The position numbers and the translations under genes were made by a program. Under the pieces are notes generated by a model. The model was not told where the DNA came from. It worked only from the letters and a program-made list of their open reading frames with translations, and made no database searches. Below are positions 1 to 9,824 of a DNA stretch of 64,000 bases, one piece after another (position 1 is the first letter of the stretch; each line of letters opens with the position of its first letter). The stretch is from an uncultured Bacilli bacterium (GTDB lineage: Bacteria > Bacillota_I > Bacilli_A > RF39 > UBA660): NCBI GenBank assembly GCA_947588765.1, contig CANPZG010000002.1:9794-73793 (forward strand), written 5' to 3'.

Positions 1-1725
1 ATCTTAATAAATGCTAGTGCCAATAATTTTGCTAAGGGTAGTGAAGACTTAAATGGTACAATAAAAGCAACAGCTAATTTAATAGCAAATAATAATACAA
101 ATACAACAGATAAATATTATTATAATGTATATCTAGATGTAATAGAAAATGAATTAGAATATTCCTCATTTACAGACCCAGATAATTTACAAAACAATTT
201 AGTATTTACAAATGAATATGATAAAACCTTAGGAAATAATAGAGATTATAATGGTCTAACAAAAGGGTATGACCCAATACCAGAATTATATTTAACCATA
301 ACAGGACCTAATGATTATGAATATAATATTAGTTTTCCAAAAGCAACATTAAAAGATGATGATGATGATAGTTATGATATAACAGAATTAAGAGAAGGAA
401 TATATCCATTGGTATTAAATAGAGCAATTCAAGTAGAAGCAACAGATAAAGGTACAAAGAAAGAAGATTGGCAAGTAAAAGTGACATTAAAGAATTTAGA
501 TAGTAATCAACAATTAAATACAGGAAAGACATTTAATGCGAAAGTAATAATCCAAGCAGAAAAAATACCAATGAATTTAATGGATGTATGCAAAGCAGGA
601 GATAACTTAGCAGAATGTATCAAAGAATTACATGATAAATCAACATATGGAGCAAGTAATTTAATCTATCATGATGGGGTTGCAGATTATGAAGGAATGC
701 CTAATGTAGAATTAGAAGCAGGAGATAAATCATATAGATATACAGGGTCATATGAAAAAGTAAATAATTATGTATGTTTTGGAGAAAAATGTTCACCAAC
801 ACCAGATGAAGACGGATATGATAATTTATATCGAATAATAGGAACATTTCAAAATGAAGAAGGGGAATATGAAACAAAACTTATCAAAGCAGACTATGCC
901 AATAAAGAATTATTAGGTGCTGGATCACAAACTCCAGGTGATTTAACCCAAGTAAATTCAGAAACAAATGGATCTTATTCTGGTAGTATTTATCAAGCTA
1001 CGAATGCTTCCACAGAAGAAAAAGATGAATATACCCATAGATATAAAGGTTTATTAGAACATGTAGATAGGTATAGATGGCAAAAAAACGAAACAAACGA
1101 TACGTTAGGAAATTGGCCAACATCACTATTAAACAAAATTCATTTAAATAATATTTATTATAATAAAATAGATCCAATATACCAAAGTCTAATAATAAAT
1201 CATGATTGGGTATTGACAAGTGATAAGACAGGATGGGGAGATATAGCATCAGGTGCAAATGCAAAAAAAACATACAGTAATGAACTAGGTGAAAATTCAA
1301 CAAATCAAGAAATAGTTCCCGAAAATATCGGATTAATGTATGTAAGTGATTACTTATATGGAGCAGCATCAAAGAATTGGAGTAAAAAAGCTTTTTTTGG
1401 TGGACATTGGCATTATGATACAAACACAGGCAAATCAGACAAATATGGTAATCCAGTATTAAGTTTTGATGAAGATGAAATATATAGTGATTATAGATCA
1501 ACCACAGATAGTAATTGGATATATATAGGATTATGGGAATGGTTTATGACTCAATGGAAAAATATAAAAAATAATACTTTCTTTATGTATATTGGTGGAC
1601 ATGTTGGTATTGGACAAGTCGGCTCAACCTCAAATGCAGTCCGTCCTACTTTCTATGTAACTAATGAAGCTAAATTTAAAAGTGGAACTGGTACAGCCAG
1701 TGATCCATATATTATTTCACAATAA
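1..1725 (+). CDS. Large secreted/surface protein, 5'-truncated by window edge; paralog of 26896..28821
   Basis: Frame 1 is open from nt 1 (ILINASANNFAKGSEDLNGT...) and aligns with the 26884..28821 product. It shares long near-identical stretches (KVTLKNLDSNQQLNTGKTFNAKVIIQAEKIPMNLMDVC) and the C-terminal VRPTFY...SGTGTxxDPY motif. Confidence 0.8.
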   Translation: MLINASANNFAKGSEDLNGTIKATANLIANNNTNTTDKYYYNVYLDVIENELEYSSFTDPDNLQNNLVFTNEYDKTLGNNRDYNGLTKGYDPIPELYLTITGPNDYEYNISFPKATLKDDDDDSYDITELREGIYPLVLNRAIQVEATDKGTKKEDWQVKVTLKNLDSNQQLNTGKTFNAKVIIQAEKIPMNLMDVCKAGDNLAECIKELHDKSTYGASNLIYHDGVADYEGMPNVELEAGDKSYRYTGSYEKVNNYVCFGEKCSPTPDEDGYDNLYRIIGTFQNEEGEYETKLIKADYANKELLGAGSQTPGDLTQVNSETNGSYSGSIYQATNASTEEKDEYTHRYKGLLEHVDRYRWQKNETNDTLGNWPTSLLNKIHLNNIYYNKIDPIYQSLIINHDWVLTSDKTGWGDIASGANAKKTYSNELGENSTNQEIVPENIGLMYVSDYLYGAASKNWSKKAFFGGHWHYDTNTGKSDKYGNPVLSFDEDEIYSDYRSTTDSNWIYIGLWEWFMTQWKNIKNNTFFMYIGGHVGIGQVGSTSNAVRPTFYVTNEAKFKSGTGTASDPYIISQ

Positions 1726-1744
1726 CAAATATAAATACTCTTAG

Positions 1745-3220
1745 CTCTGGACAGTTTTGAATAAAGCCAGGTGGAAACGGCAATTGCAGCGATAAAAGTA
1801 CGTCCAATTATTAAGAAAAATGATAGCTAAAAATTAAAAAAATGATAAAGAAATGAAAATAAGAGAAAAAGTAGGCAAAAATTCTCATGCGAAAAAAATT
1901 GTCTACTTTTTTAAATTGAATTTTAGATTAAATCATATGTCATATAACTTAAAAGTAAAAGGTAAGCGGATATAATGAAAAGAATTAAAAGCAATATTGA
2001 ATAAAGTTAAACCAGTATTAAATAAAGACATAACTCTTTTTTTAATGCGTTTATCATTAATAATATAAACTTTATGAGTAGTAATATTAACATTGTGATA
2101 GCATTTAGAGTTTTTAGAAAAATCAGTACCCAGAATAGTTAAATAAACAATACAAGTACAAAGAATAGAATACATGTTAGTGAAAGAATGAATAGACATA
2201 TTAGAAATTTTATTAAGATTAAAACCATTAGATTTTTGGTTTTTAAAAACACATTCAATAGAACCAAAACGATAAGAATAATTTAAAACAGCATGATCTA
2301 AATCATTATTTGAAGCAATAATCCAAGGAGTGGAAGTATTTAAAGAATTAGAATAGATGATATTAGATTTAAATCTATTGTCAGTAATAAGGACATCTTT
2401 ATGAACAACAGCATGATATTTCTGATGTTTAAGTTTTTTAGCAAGGAACTTTTTATTATCTTTAAAAACATGAATATTACCTTTTAATCTAACACAATAG
2501 GTATGACCTAAAGAATCAATATGATCTAAAATTAAAGTAGAAGAAAACCAACGATCAGCTAAAAAGATAAGCTCAAAGCCTTTACCATTAAATAAATTAT
2601 GAACAGCATTGATACCATTAATAATGGTATCAATTTTAAAAGCATCAGAATTATTACTACCTTTAAAACAATCAAAATAGATAGGAATACCTTGAGTACC
2701 AATACGCATGGAAAACATAAAAACAGTATAATTATCATGAGAAAACATATGATCAAAAGTAATATGAACTTTATTATTAGAATGTTTAGATTTGTAATTA
2801 TGAATAATAGAAGAAATTAAACTACTGAAGAAAACTTTACCCTGAAACAAATTATTATTCCAAAATCTATTAATGCGTTTAACAACAGAATCAAATTGAG
2901 CCCAGATTAATTCATCTTTTAAAGATTTAGCAATATCAGAAGAAGCACAAGATTCAGAATTAATCATACCAAACATTAAAGAAGGAATAAAATTAAGTTG
3001 AGTTTTTCTAAGATAAGGAATATTAAGGGAAAGAAAATTAGAAAAACCACTTGTAATATCAGACTGGATATTATATAATTTATTCATTAAACAACCTCAC
3101 TTTTTATTTTTTTTGATAATATAATAATAACAAAAAAAGGTTGTTTAATCAAATTAGAGAAAGAAATAGATATAGCTAGTATGTTATATCTATTTTAAAT
3201 TTTACAAAAAACTGTCCGTA
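1745..3220 (-). mobile_element. IS4-superfamily-like insertion sequence (about 1.48 kb)
   Basis: Imperfect terminal inverted repeats CTCTGGACAGTTTT (1745-1758) and AAAACTGTCCGTAG (3207-3220; 12/14 as reverse complement) bracket one DDE transposase ORF. No clear target-site duplication; boundaries are approximate. Confidence 0.65.
1933..3087 (-). CDS. DDE transposase (IS4/IS701-like)
   Basis: 384 aa. Contains LIFLADRWF and a C-terminal YSYRFGSIECVFKNQK block resembling the IS4 Y-x2-R-x3-E-x6-K signature. Lies between the inverted repeats. Confidence 0.75.
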   Translation of the reverse strand: MNKLYNIQSDITSGFSNFLSLNIPYLRKTQLNFIPSLMFGMINSESCASSDIAKSLKDELIWAQFDSVVKRINRFWNNNLFQGKVFFSSLISSIIHNYKSKHSNNKVHITFDHMFSHDNYTVFMFSMRIGTQGIPIYFDCFKGSNNSDAFKIDTIINGINAVHNLFNGKGFELIFLADRWFSSTLILDHIDSLGHTYCVRLKGNIHVFKDNKKFLAKKLKHQKYHAVVHKDVLITDNRFKSNIIYSNSLNTSTPWIIASNNDLDHAVLNYSYRFGSIECVFKNQKSNGFNLNKISNMSIHSFTNMYSILCTCIVYLTILGTDFSKNSKCYHNVNITTHKVYIINDKRIKKRVMSLFNTGLTLFNIAFNSFHYIRLPFTFKLYDI

Positions 3221-3235
3221 GGTAAGAAAAATAGT

Positions 3236-3272
3236 ATAAATAACTTTGCTTAATGTAAAGTTATTTTTTATC
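3236..3272 (+). terminator. Rho-independent terminator-like hairpin just outside the right IS end
   Basis: AAATAACTTT (about 3238-3247) pairs with AAAGTTATTT (about 3258-3267), followed by a T-run. Confidence 0.45.
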
Positions 3273-3352
3273 TAATTAATTAAATAAAAAGTTGAATTTG
3301 AAAATAGTTTTTGCTATACTATTAACCATAATTAAAAGGAGATGGAAGTATA

Positions 3353-3931
3353 ATGAATAAACATACCCAAGAAGAATTAAATAATATTTTATTAGCTAAA
3401 AAATTAAATGATTTTTATTTAGCTATAATTGAAAATCGCGATGTAATACTAACTGATGAAGAATATGCTGAAATGTTAAAAAGAGAAATAGTAACATATG
3501 GCAAATTACCTAAGGGATTAGATATGTTATTAAATCAAGTTAAAACTAATGAAGAATTAAAACAATATGAACCAGATTTAATGAGACTTATATATAGTTT
3601 TTCTCAAATAAGATATTTAGCAATATTAACAATGATCGATGATGACGTTTATAATATTGCTAATGCTAAATATGAAAATTTAAAAAGAAATAAAATAATT
3701 TGTTTTGATAATTTAACTAAATTCTTTAATGATTCTAATGCAAGAGTTAAAATATTTACACCAGAAGATGCTCCACAGTTAACTCAAAATCTAGCTTTAC
3801 TTGATGTTGATGATGCTTCTATTATTCAAAAATATGAAGATGATCATATTAAACAAAAGGAAAGTGAAGATTTAACTACTGAGTTCTTTAGTGAAATATT
3901 AGGTAAAGCAAGAACATTAAAAAAAGATTAA
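3353..3931 (+). CDS. Hypothetical protein (192 aa)
   Basis: Clean ORF with GGAG-type RBS (aaaggagatgg) upstream and a terminator downstream. No motif recognised. Confidence 0.6.
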   Translation: MNKHTQEELNNILLAKKLNDFYLAIIENRDVILTDEEYAEMLKREIVTYGKLPKGLDMLLNQVKTNEELKQYEPDLMRLIYSFSQIRYLAILTMIDDDVYNIANAKYENLKRNKIICFDNLTKFFNDSNARVKIFTPEDAPQLTQNLALLDVDDASIIQKYEDDHIKQKESEDLTTEFFSEILGKARTLKKD

Positions 3932-3938
3932 TATTAAA

Positions 3939-3971
3939 TTGTTAGATATTCAAATCTAACAATTTTTATTT
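3939..3971 (+). terminator. Rho-independent terminator of 3353..3931
   Basis: Stem TTGTTAGA (3939-3946) / TCTAACAA (3955-3962), then TTTTTATTT. Confidence 0.8.
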
Positions 3972-5860
3972 GTGTGCCGTGCATGGCATATATCTAGTTG
4001 GTGAAAGACCAATACACGCATAGGTATCGATGAAGTGTTAGGGAAGCACAAAGCATTAACAGTGATGTTAGGGCTAAAGGAAGTGTGGAACAAAATCGAG
4101 GGCTAACGAACAGAAACTTACTATAAGGCTATATAAACGGATAAGGTTGCTTAACAAACTAAAGTCCAAAAGATACTCGTAACTTTATATAGTAAAGTAA
4201 GTAGCTAATCGAGGAAAGATATATGTCTTACCGCGGGAGGTCTCATAGACATGAAAGTCAGGGAAACGACGAGGAGTACAAGGACAAGTAATGGTCGAAA
4301 AAGGTTTACTATGAGAAGTCAGCCGAGGTCGTAGTACTAGTTAGTTAGGAAGGACTGAATAATTTGTAGTTTTTACTACTGAAATTGGAATAGGTTAAAG
4401 TCAGAATAAATAAAAGGAAGAGTACCAAGCGTAACTTGGGAACGTGCCTCAAAAGATGATTAACCTATGAGCGAAATTAGAAAGGTGGAAACAGATATGG
4501 AACTTTTAGAGAAAGTACTTTCCAAAGACAATCTAAACAATGCCTATAAGCAAGTTTACAAAAACAAAGGAGCAAGTGGCGTCGACGGAGTAACAGTAGA
4601 CGAATTATTTTCTTATATCAAAGAACATAAGGAAGAGATACTTTATCAAATAAGAAATAGAAAATATAAACCACAACCAGTAAGAAGAGTATATATTCCA
4701 AAAGAAAACGGGAAACTTAGGAAACTAGGAATACCAAATGTCATAGATAGGGTATTACAACAAGCAATAGTACAAGTCTTAACCCCAATATATGAAGAAC
4801 AATTTTCTAATAATTCATATGGATTTAGAATAGGAAGAAGTTGTGAACAAGCAGTTATAAGAGCCCTTGAACTATTTAATGATGGATATGATTGGGTAGT
4901 AGATATAGACTTACAATCATTCTTTGATGAAGTAAACCAAGATAAACTAATAGGTATTATAAGAAGAACCATAAAAGATGGAAACCTAGTATCTCTAATA
5001 AGAAAGTTCTTACAAAGTGGAGTAATGGAAAAAGGAGTAATACAAGAAACAAATAAAGGGACACCCCAAGGAGGAAACCTAAGTCCATTACTATCAAACA
5101 TAATGTTAAATGAACTAGATAAAGAATTAGAAGCAAGAGGATTAAACTTTGTAAGATATGCAGATGATTGTCTAATAATGGTAAGAAGTGAAAAAGCAGC
5201 AAATAGAGTAATGGGAAGTATAACAACATTTATAACTAAGAAATTAGGACTAAAAGTAAATGTAGAAAAGAGTAAAGTAGCAAGACCTAATCAAATTAAA
5301 TACTTAGGTTTTGGATTTTACAAGAAAATTAATCAAAGTAAATGGAGACCAAAGCCACATATTAAATCAATGGAAAAATTTAAAACTAAAATACATGATA
5401 TACTTATAAGAAGTAGAAATGTAAAACTAGATACAAGATTAATTAAATTGAAACAAATAATATATGGATGGGTCAACTATTTTAAAATTGCAGACATGAA
5501 AGTATTTCTTAAGGAAATAGATAAATGGATAAGACGAAAACTTAGAGTTATCATATGGAAACAATGGAAAAAGGTAAGGAAAAGATATACTTGCCTCAGA
5601 AAACTCGGCATAGGTCATATAGATGCATATATAACAGCGAATGCTAGAAGAGGATATTATCATGTAGCTCATACCAGAGTGCTAGAAACTGCAATCTCAA
5701 AAGAAAGATTAAATAAAAGAGGTCTAGTAAATTCACTAGACCATTACCTAAAAGTTCATGTTATTACAAATTAAACCGCCGTATACCGAACGGTATGTAC
5801 GGTGGTGTGAGAGGGTATCATATCAATAAGTCAAATTATTGAAAATTTACTCTACTCGAT
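3972..5860 (+). mobile_element. Group II intron, class C (IIC)-like, with intron-encoded RT/maturase
   Basis: 5' GTGTG at 3972. A GC-richer structured region runs 3972-4460. Domain V hairpin at 5775-5806 has a CGC triad. Putative domain VI has a bulged A at about 5854. The 3' boundary is approximate (+/-10 nt). Confidence 0.8.
4467..5774 (+). CDS. Group II intron reverse transcriptase/maturase (no endonuclease domain)
   Basis: 435 aa. RT blocks include GVDG, PKxNGKLRxLGIP, TPQGGxLSPLLSN and YADD, followed by the maturase X domain (YGWVNYF). No HNH/En domain follows. Confidence 0.95.
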   Translation: MSEIRKVETDMELLEKVLSKDNLNNAYKQVYKNKGASGVDGVTVDELFSYIKEHKEEILYQIRNRKYKPQPVRRVYIPKENGKLRKLGIPNVIDRVLQQAIVQVLTPIYEEQFSNNSYGFRIGRSCEQAVIRALELFNDGYDWVVDIDLQSFFDEVNQDKLIGIIRRTIKDGNLVSLIRKFLQSGVMEKGVIQETNKGTPQGGNLSPLLSNIMLNELDKELEARGLNFVRYADDCLIMVRSEKAANRVMGSITTFITKKLGLKVNVEKSKVARPNQIKYLGFGFYKKINQSKWRPKPHIKSMEKFKTKIHDILIRSRNVKLDTRLIKLKQIIYGWVNYFKIADMKVFLKEIDKWIRRKLRVIIWKQWKKVRKRYTCLRKLGIGHIDAYITANARRGYYHVAHTRVLETAISKERLNKRGLVNSLDHYLKVHVITN

Positions 5861-5900
5861 TTATGATTGTGTAAAATTATATTAGAAGAAAGCAATAAAG

Positions 5901-5922
5901 AACCACATTTTGCAATGTGGTT
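5901..5922. terminator. Bidirectional-looking terminator hairpin
   Basis: AACCACATT (5901-5909) / AATGTGGTT (5914-5922), flanked by A/T runs. Overlaps the stop of the minus-strand 70-aa gene. Confidence 0.6.
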
Positions 5923-6134
5923 TATAATTTTTTCTTGATAGCCATTAAAGCTTTTTTATATTCTTCTTCATTTTCTAAATTTGTTAAATATTCTTTATCA
6001 TCTTTAATAGTTATTTTTTGAATAATAATATCTTTTTCTTCATCTTTATTTTGTAAATAAACATATGTAGTTTTATCAATAGTTAATTCTTGCATAATCA
6101 AATATTGTTTATTATTTTTTTCAATATATTTCAT
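5922..6134 (-). CDS. Hypothetical small protein (70 aa)
   Basis: ORF whose start codon shares 1 nt (6134) with the stop of the upstream 6134..6787 gene, which suggests coupling. No motif recognised. Confidence 0.5.
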   Translation of the reverse strand: MKYIEKNNKQYLIMQELTIDKTTYVYLQNKDEEKDIIIQKITIKDDKEYLTNLENEEEYKKALMAIKKKL

Positions 6135-6787
6135 TACTTACGGCCTCCTTTATTATCTAGTTGTTCTAAATAAGCATTAATGTATTTATCCCAATCTTCG
6201 TCAAGACTACTACCTAAACGATATAAAGTAGTATCTCCCCAATTTTGATAATCTTCTATAGATTCAAAACCATAAGTTTTCATATAATCTTTTAAAGTAG
6301 AGTAGCCAAACGTTTTCCACATACTATCAGTTATATTAGTTTGACTTTGCATTATTTTAATTATTTCTTGGAAAACAGTATCCATTTTGGTAGTATCATA
6401 ACCATATTGTAAGAAGTAAGCATAAATCATAGTATGGGCATCTCCAGAAGCATAAGAATTAAAGATATCATTCGCGGCATCTCGATAATTATCACTAGTT
6501 ACATATTCACTTTGGATAATTCGATCCGCTACTGTTTTAATTCTATTTTTATGAAAAGCGATATTATACATTTGGAAGAATACAATTACAATTGGAATTA
6601 TTGCTAAAGTATTATATAAAAAACTTTTAAATTTCGTGTATTTTTGCTTTTTTGTAGCCTCATCAACTTCAATATTTATAGGCTTATATTCAATTGAAGA
6701 TTCCTCAGTACTAGCACCAATACTATCAATAACATCTTTAAATTCATCAGTATAATCAATGAATTTTGCTGTATTCTTTTTATCCAC
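6134..6787 (-). CDS. Hypothetical single-pass membrane protein (217 aa)
   Basis: Central hydrophobic helix LYNTLAIIPIVIVFFQMYNIAF. RBS AGGTGG upstream (reverse complement of ccacct at about 6793). Confidence 0.6.
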   Translation of the reverse strand: MDKKNTAKFIDYTDEFKDVIDSIGASTEESSIEYKPINIEVDEATKKQKYTKFKSFLYNTLAIIPIVIVFFQMYNIAFHKNRIKTVADRIIQSEYVTSDNYRDAANDIFNSYASGDAHTMIYAYFLQYGYDTTKMDTVFQEIIKIMQSQTNITDSMWKTFGYSTLKDYMKTYGFESIEDYQNWGDTTLYRLGSSLDEDWDKYINAYLEQLDNKGGRK

Positions 6788-6951
6788 TTGTAACCACCTC
6801 TTATTTTAATTGTAACAATATCTTATTTTAAAAGCAATTATTTACCAAGATATTTGACAAGAATATGTCAAGAAATTTTTAAAAATTATTATTGCTATTG
6901 TCTTTAGTAAATGTTATAATATTAAAAGAAAAAACGGAAGGGAGGGTTAAA

Positions 6952-7137
6952 ATGACTAAAGTTGTTGTCCAAGGTGGCGATCTTGATGCGGCTATGCGTA
7001 AATTCAAGACTAAATTTGCAAGAAGTGGAGTCCCTTCTGAAGTAAAGAAAAGAAAAAATTATTTAAAACCAAGTATTAAGAGAAGAAACAAAAAAGAAGA
7101 AGGAATCAAAAATTCTCGTAAACATAATCGTGATTAG
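6952..7137 (+). CDS. rpsU: 30S ribosomal protein S21
   Basis: MTKVVVQGGDLDAAMRKFKTKFARSGV...KRRNKKEE is typical of S21. GGAGGG RBS lies before the ATG at 6952; the ORF-track start at 6892 is an upstream extension. Confidence 0.9.
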   Translation: MTKVVVQGGDLDAAMRKFKTKFARSGVPSEVKKRKNYLKPSIKRRNKKEEGIKNSRKHNRD

Positions 7138-7160
7138 AACTAGCAATAGTTCTTTTTTTA
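7136..7160 (+). terminator. rpsU terminator
   Basis: AGAACTA / TAGTTCT stem followed by TTTTTT. Confidence 0.7.
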
Positions 7161-7238
7161 TGCTTTTTATTAATTTATAAATTGCATTATTATTAAGAGT
7201 TTGATATAATTTATTATGATAGGTTGGGTGGATAGTAA

Positions 7239-8312
7239 GTGAGTAGCAATGTTATTACAAAATATAAGCAAAATAAACAAAAAGTTATCTTGGCTTATGC
7301 GAAAATATTAGAGACATTAATTACTTTAGAGGATAATACTTTATGGCAAAAATCCAAAGACTTTAATGAAATAGGTGAAGGAGTAGTTAATAATTTTGTC
7401 GAAAAATATTATTTTGATAATAATATTAATCGTAATAATCCGATTGAATACTTAAATGATAATATTAATGCGGTTTTGATATCAATTATGGATTATTATA
7501 AAGAAAAGAATAAACCAAATATAGTTAAAGAAAAGAAAAATGAAACATTCTTAATATCAGTTATTGTATGTACGGCAAGTTTTATTGATATCGCATCAAA
7601 TGTAGTTGATGGTAACTATATTGAGATGAAAAGTAATTTAAAGAAATTATTGAAACACTTAAGTAAAACGGAATTATTAAAAGTTTATTACAATAATAAG
7701 ATAATCTTAAATAAGTTATTTGCAGAAGTTAAGAAAAACATTAATAATGACAAAAAGTTCTTTAGTTATTTTAAAAATCCTAATTGGCATAATGAATATC
7801 AATTAGTAAGTAAGAATCCAGAATATTACCGAGTTAGATTTATTTATAAAGTTGAAGGCTTAGAAAATTACGAAAGAAAATTAGTTCAAAAATATCAAAA
7901 GAAATATCTAAAAGACTTTTTGAAAGTATGTTATGAGTTATTAGTCGTCTTATTAATGAAAGAATACATTATGAATAAAAAAGTTAATACTTATTTGATA
8001 CCCGTTATCGATGAAGTTAAAAATGATTTAAGTATTTTGGATATTCCATTAATAAGGGATAACATTAGATTATTTGTTCCAATCGAAAAATACGAAGAAT
8101 ACGAAAAAGAAGAACGATTTAAAGTTACTTACTTCTATCATGGCAAAGATATAAAAGTCTTTGATAATAAAAAGGATATTGAAGTCGTAGTTGATAAAGA
8201 GTTTATGACAAATAATAGTGCTAATTTAACAAATATAAAATTAATTGCTGAAGATTTAGGTAAAAATATGAAAGAAGAAGAAATATGCGTAATTAAGGAG
8301 AAAGTTTTATGA
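7239..8312 (+). CDS. Hypothetical protein, first gene of the four-gene McrB-like operon
   Basis: 357 aa, GTG start. Its stop overlaps the next start (ATGA at 8309-8312). No motif recognised. Confidence 0.6.
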   Translation: MSSNVITKYKQNKQKVILAYAKILETLITLEDNTLWQKSKDFNEIGEGVVNNFVEKYYFDNNINRNNPIEYLNDNINAVLISIMDYYKEKNKPNIVKEKKNETFLISVIVCTASFIDIASNVVDGNYIEMKSNLKKLLKHLSKTELLKVYYNNKIILNKLFAEVKKNINNDKKFFSYFKNPNWHNEYQLVSKNPEYYRVRFIYKVEGLENYERKLVQKYQKKYLKDFLKVCYELLVVLLMKEYIMNKKVNTYLIPVIDEVKNDLSILDIPLIRDNIRLFVPIEKYEEYEKEERFKVTYFYHGKDIKVFDNKKDIEVVVDKEFMTNNSANLTNIKLIAEDLGKNMKEEEICVIKEKVL

Positions 8313-9814
8313 ATATTTATGGTGAGTTTTTTACAAGTTTTATGGCGCCATTTTTTGATGGTTTAGTTCATATCTTTAAGTCTTTTTTTGAAGGCTTATA
8401 TCAAATGTTTAATGTATTAACATATATTGATGTAGTTACTAAGTATAAAGATAATTTAACCGGAGTAGGATTAGTTATCTTAATATTTTCAATTATTTTT
8501 CTATTAGCAATGTTTGCTTTCATTATCTTTTGTATTGTTCGCATCATTAGAACATATTTAAGATACAGAAGAAATGTAAGAAAAGAAGATATGTTAATTG
8601 AAGAAATTGAAAATTTAAATAATGATATTCTTAAATTAAGAAAACAAAATTCTAAATTTAGTGAATTAACAAACGATGAAGGTGAAATCGAATATGATGA
8701 AAATGGTAAGCCAGTTAATTCCCTAAAAGAAGGTGAAAGTAGATTCTTTAAATTAACTAGTGTGGATGAAAAATATAAAGATTATAAACCTGTTCCTATT
8801 GAAAATAAATTTACTTTAGCGGAATTTTGTGAATTATTCCGTAATTATTCGGCAAGTAAATTAAAATTATATTATGATCTTGATTTAATTAGATTATTTG
8901 TGGCTGCCTTAGCATCAAATAAATTAATTATTCTTGAAGGTATATCTGGTACTGGTAAAACTTCTTTAGCTTATGCTTTTGGTTCTTTAATTGACAATGA
9001 AACGACTGTGGCTTCTGTTCAACCTTCATGGCGTGACTCTACTGAAATCTTTGGTTATTTCAATGAATTTACCAAAAGATTTAATGAAACGGAAATCTTA
9101 GCTAAAATGTATGAAGCTCAATATACAGATGAAATATATATTACTTTATTAGATGAAATGAATATTTCCCGGGTTGAATATTATTTCGCGGAAATGTTAT
9201 CTGTTCTAGAACTACCAAATAAAAAAGATTGGATCGTAGAACTAGTACCTAATGTTTGGGAACATGACCCAATTAAATTAGATGAAGGTAAATTAAAAGT
9301 ACCAGAAAATATGTGGTATATTGGTACTATTAATAATGATGACTCAACATTTATGATTACCGATAAAGTTTATGATAGAGCAATGCCTATTGCTATTGAT
9401 ACTAAAGCTGAAGCTTTTGATGCTCCAGAAGTTGAACCATTTAAAGTAAGTTATAAATATTTAGATAATTTATTTGCTAAAGCTAGTAAAGAACATGCTG
9501 TAAGTGATGAAACATTAGCTAAAATTAATGAAATGGATCATTATGTTATTGAACATTTCCGTTTGGCATTTGGTAACCGAATTGTTAAACAATTAAAAGA
9601 ATTCGTTCCAGCTTTTGTTGCTTGTGGTGGTGAAGAAATTGTAGCAATCGATTACTTAATCGCTCATAAAATTTTAAGAAAATTTGAACAATTGAATTTA
9701 GCGTATATCAAAGATGAAATAGATGGATTTATTGCTTACTTAGAAAAATTATTTGGCGAAGGTAAAATGCCAGAATGTAAAGCTTATTTATTAAGATTAA
9801 AGAAAACAATCTAA
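8309..9814 (+). CDS. Membrane-anchored McrB-like AAA+ (AAA_5-type) NTPase
   Basis: N-terminal hydrophobic segment GVGLVILIFSIIFLLAMFAFIIFCIV. Walker A is GISGTGKTS. LLDEMNISRVEYYFAEMLSVLE and YIGTINNDDST mirror McrB DEINRANxSKxFGELxxLIE and IIGTMNTADRS. Confidence 0.7.
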   Translation: MNIYGEFFTSFMAPFFDGLVHIFKSFFEGLYQMFNVLTYIDVVTKYKDNLTGVGLVILIFSIIFLLAMFAFIIFCIVRIIRTYLRYRRNVRKEDMLIEEIENLNNDILKLRKQNSKFSELTNDEGEIEYDENGKPVNSLKEGESRFFKLTSVDEKYKDYKPVPIENKFTLAEFCELFRNYSASKLKLYYDLDLIRLFVAALASNKLIILEGISGTGKTSLAYAFGSLIDNETTVASVQPSWRDSTEIFGYFNEFTKRFNETEILAKMYEAQYTDEIYITLLDEMNISRVEYYFAEMLSVLELPNKKDWIVELVPNVWEHDPIKLDEGKLKVPENMWYIGTINNDDSTFMITDKVYDRAMPIAIDTKAEAFDAPEVEPFKVSYKYLDNLFAKASKEHAVSDETLAKINEMDHYVIEHFRLAFGNRIVKQLKEFVPAFVACGGEEIVAIDYLIAHKILRKFEQLNLAYIKDEIDGFIAYLEKLFGEGKMPECKAYLLRLKKTI

Positions 9815-9824
9815 GGAGTAGCTT

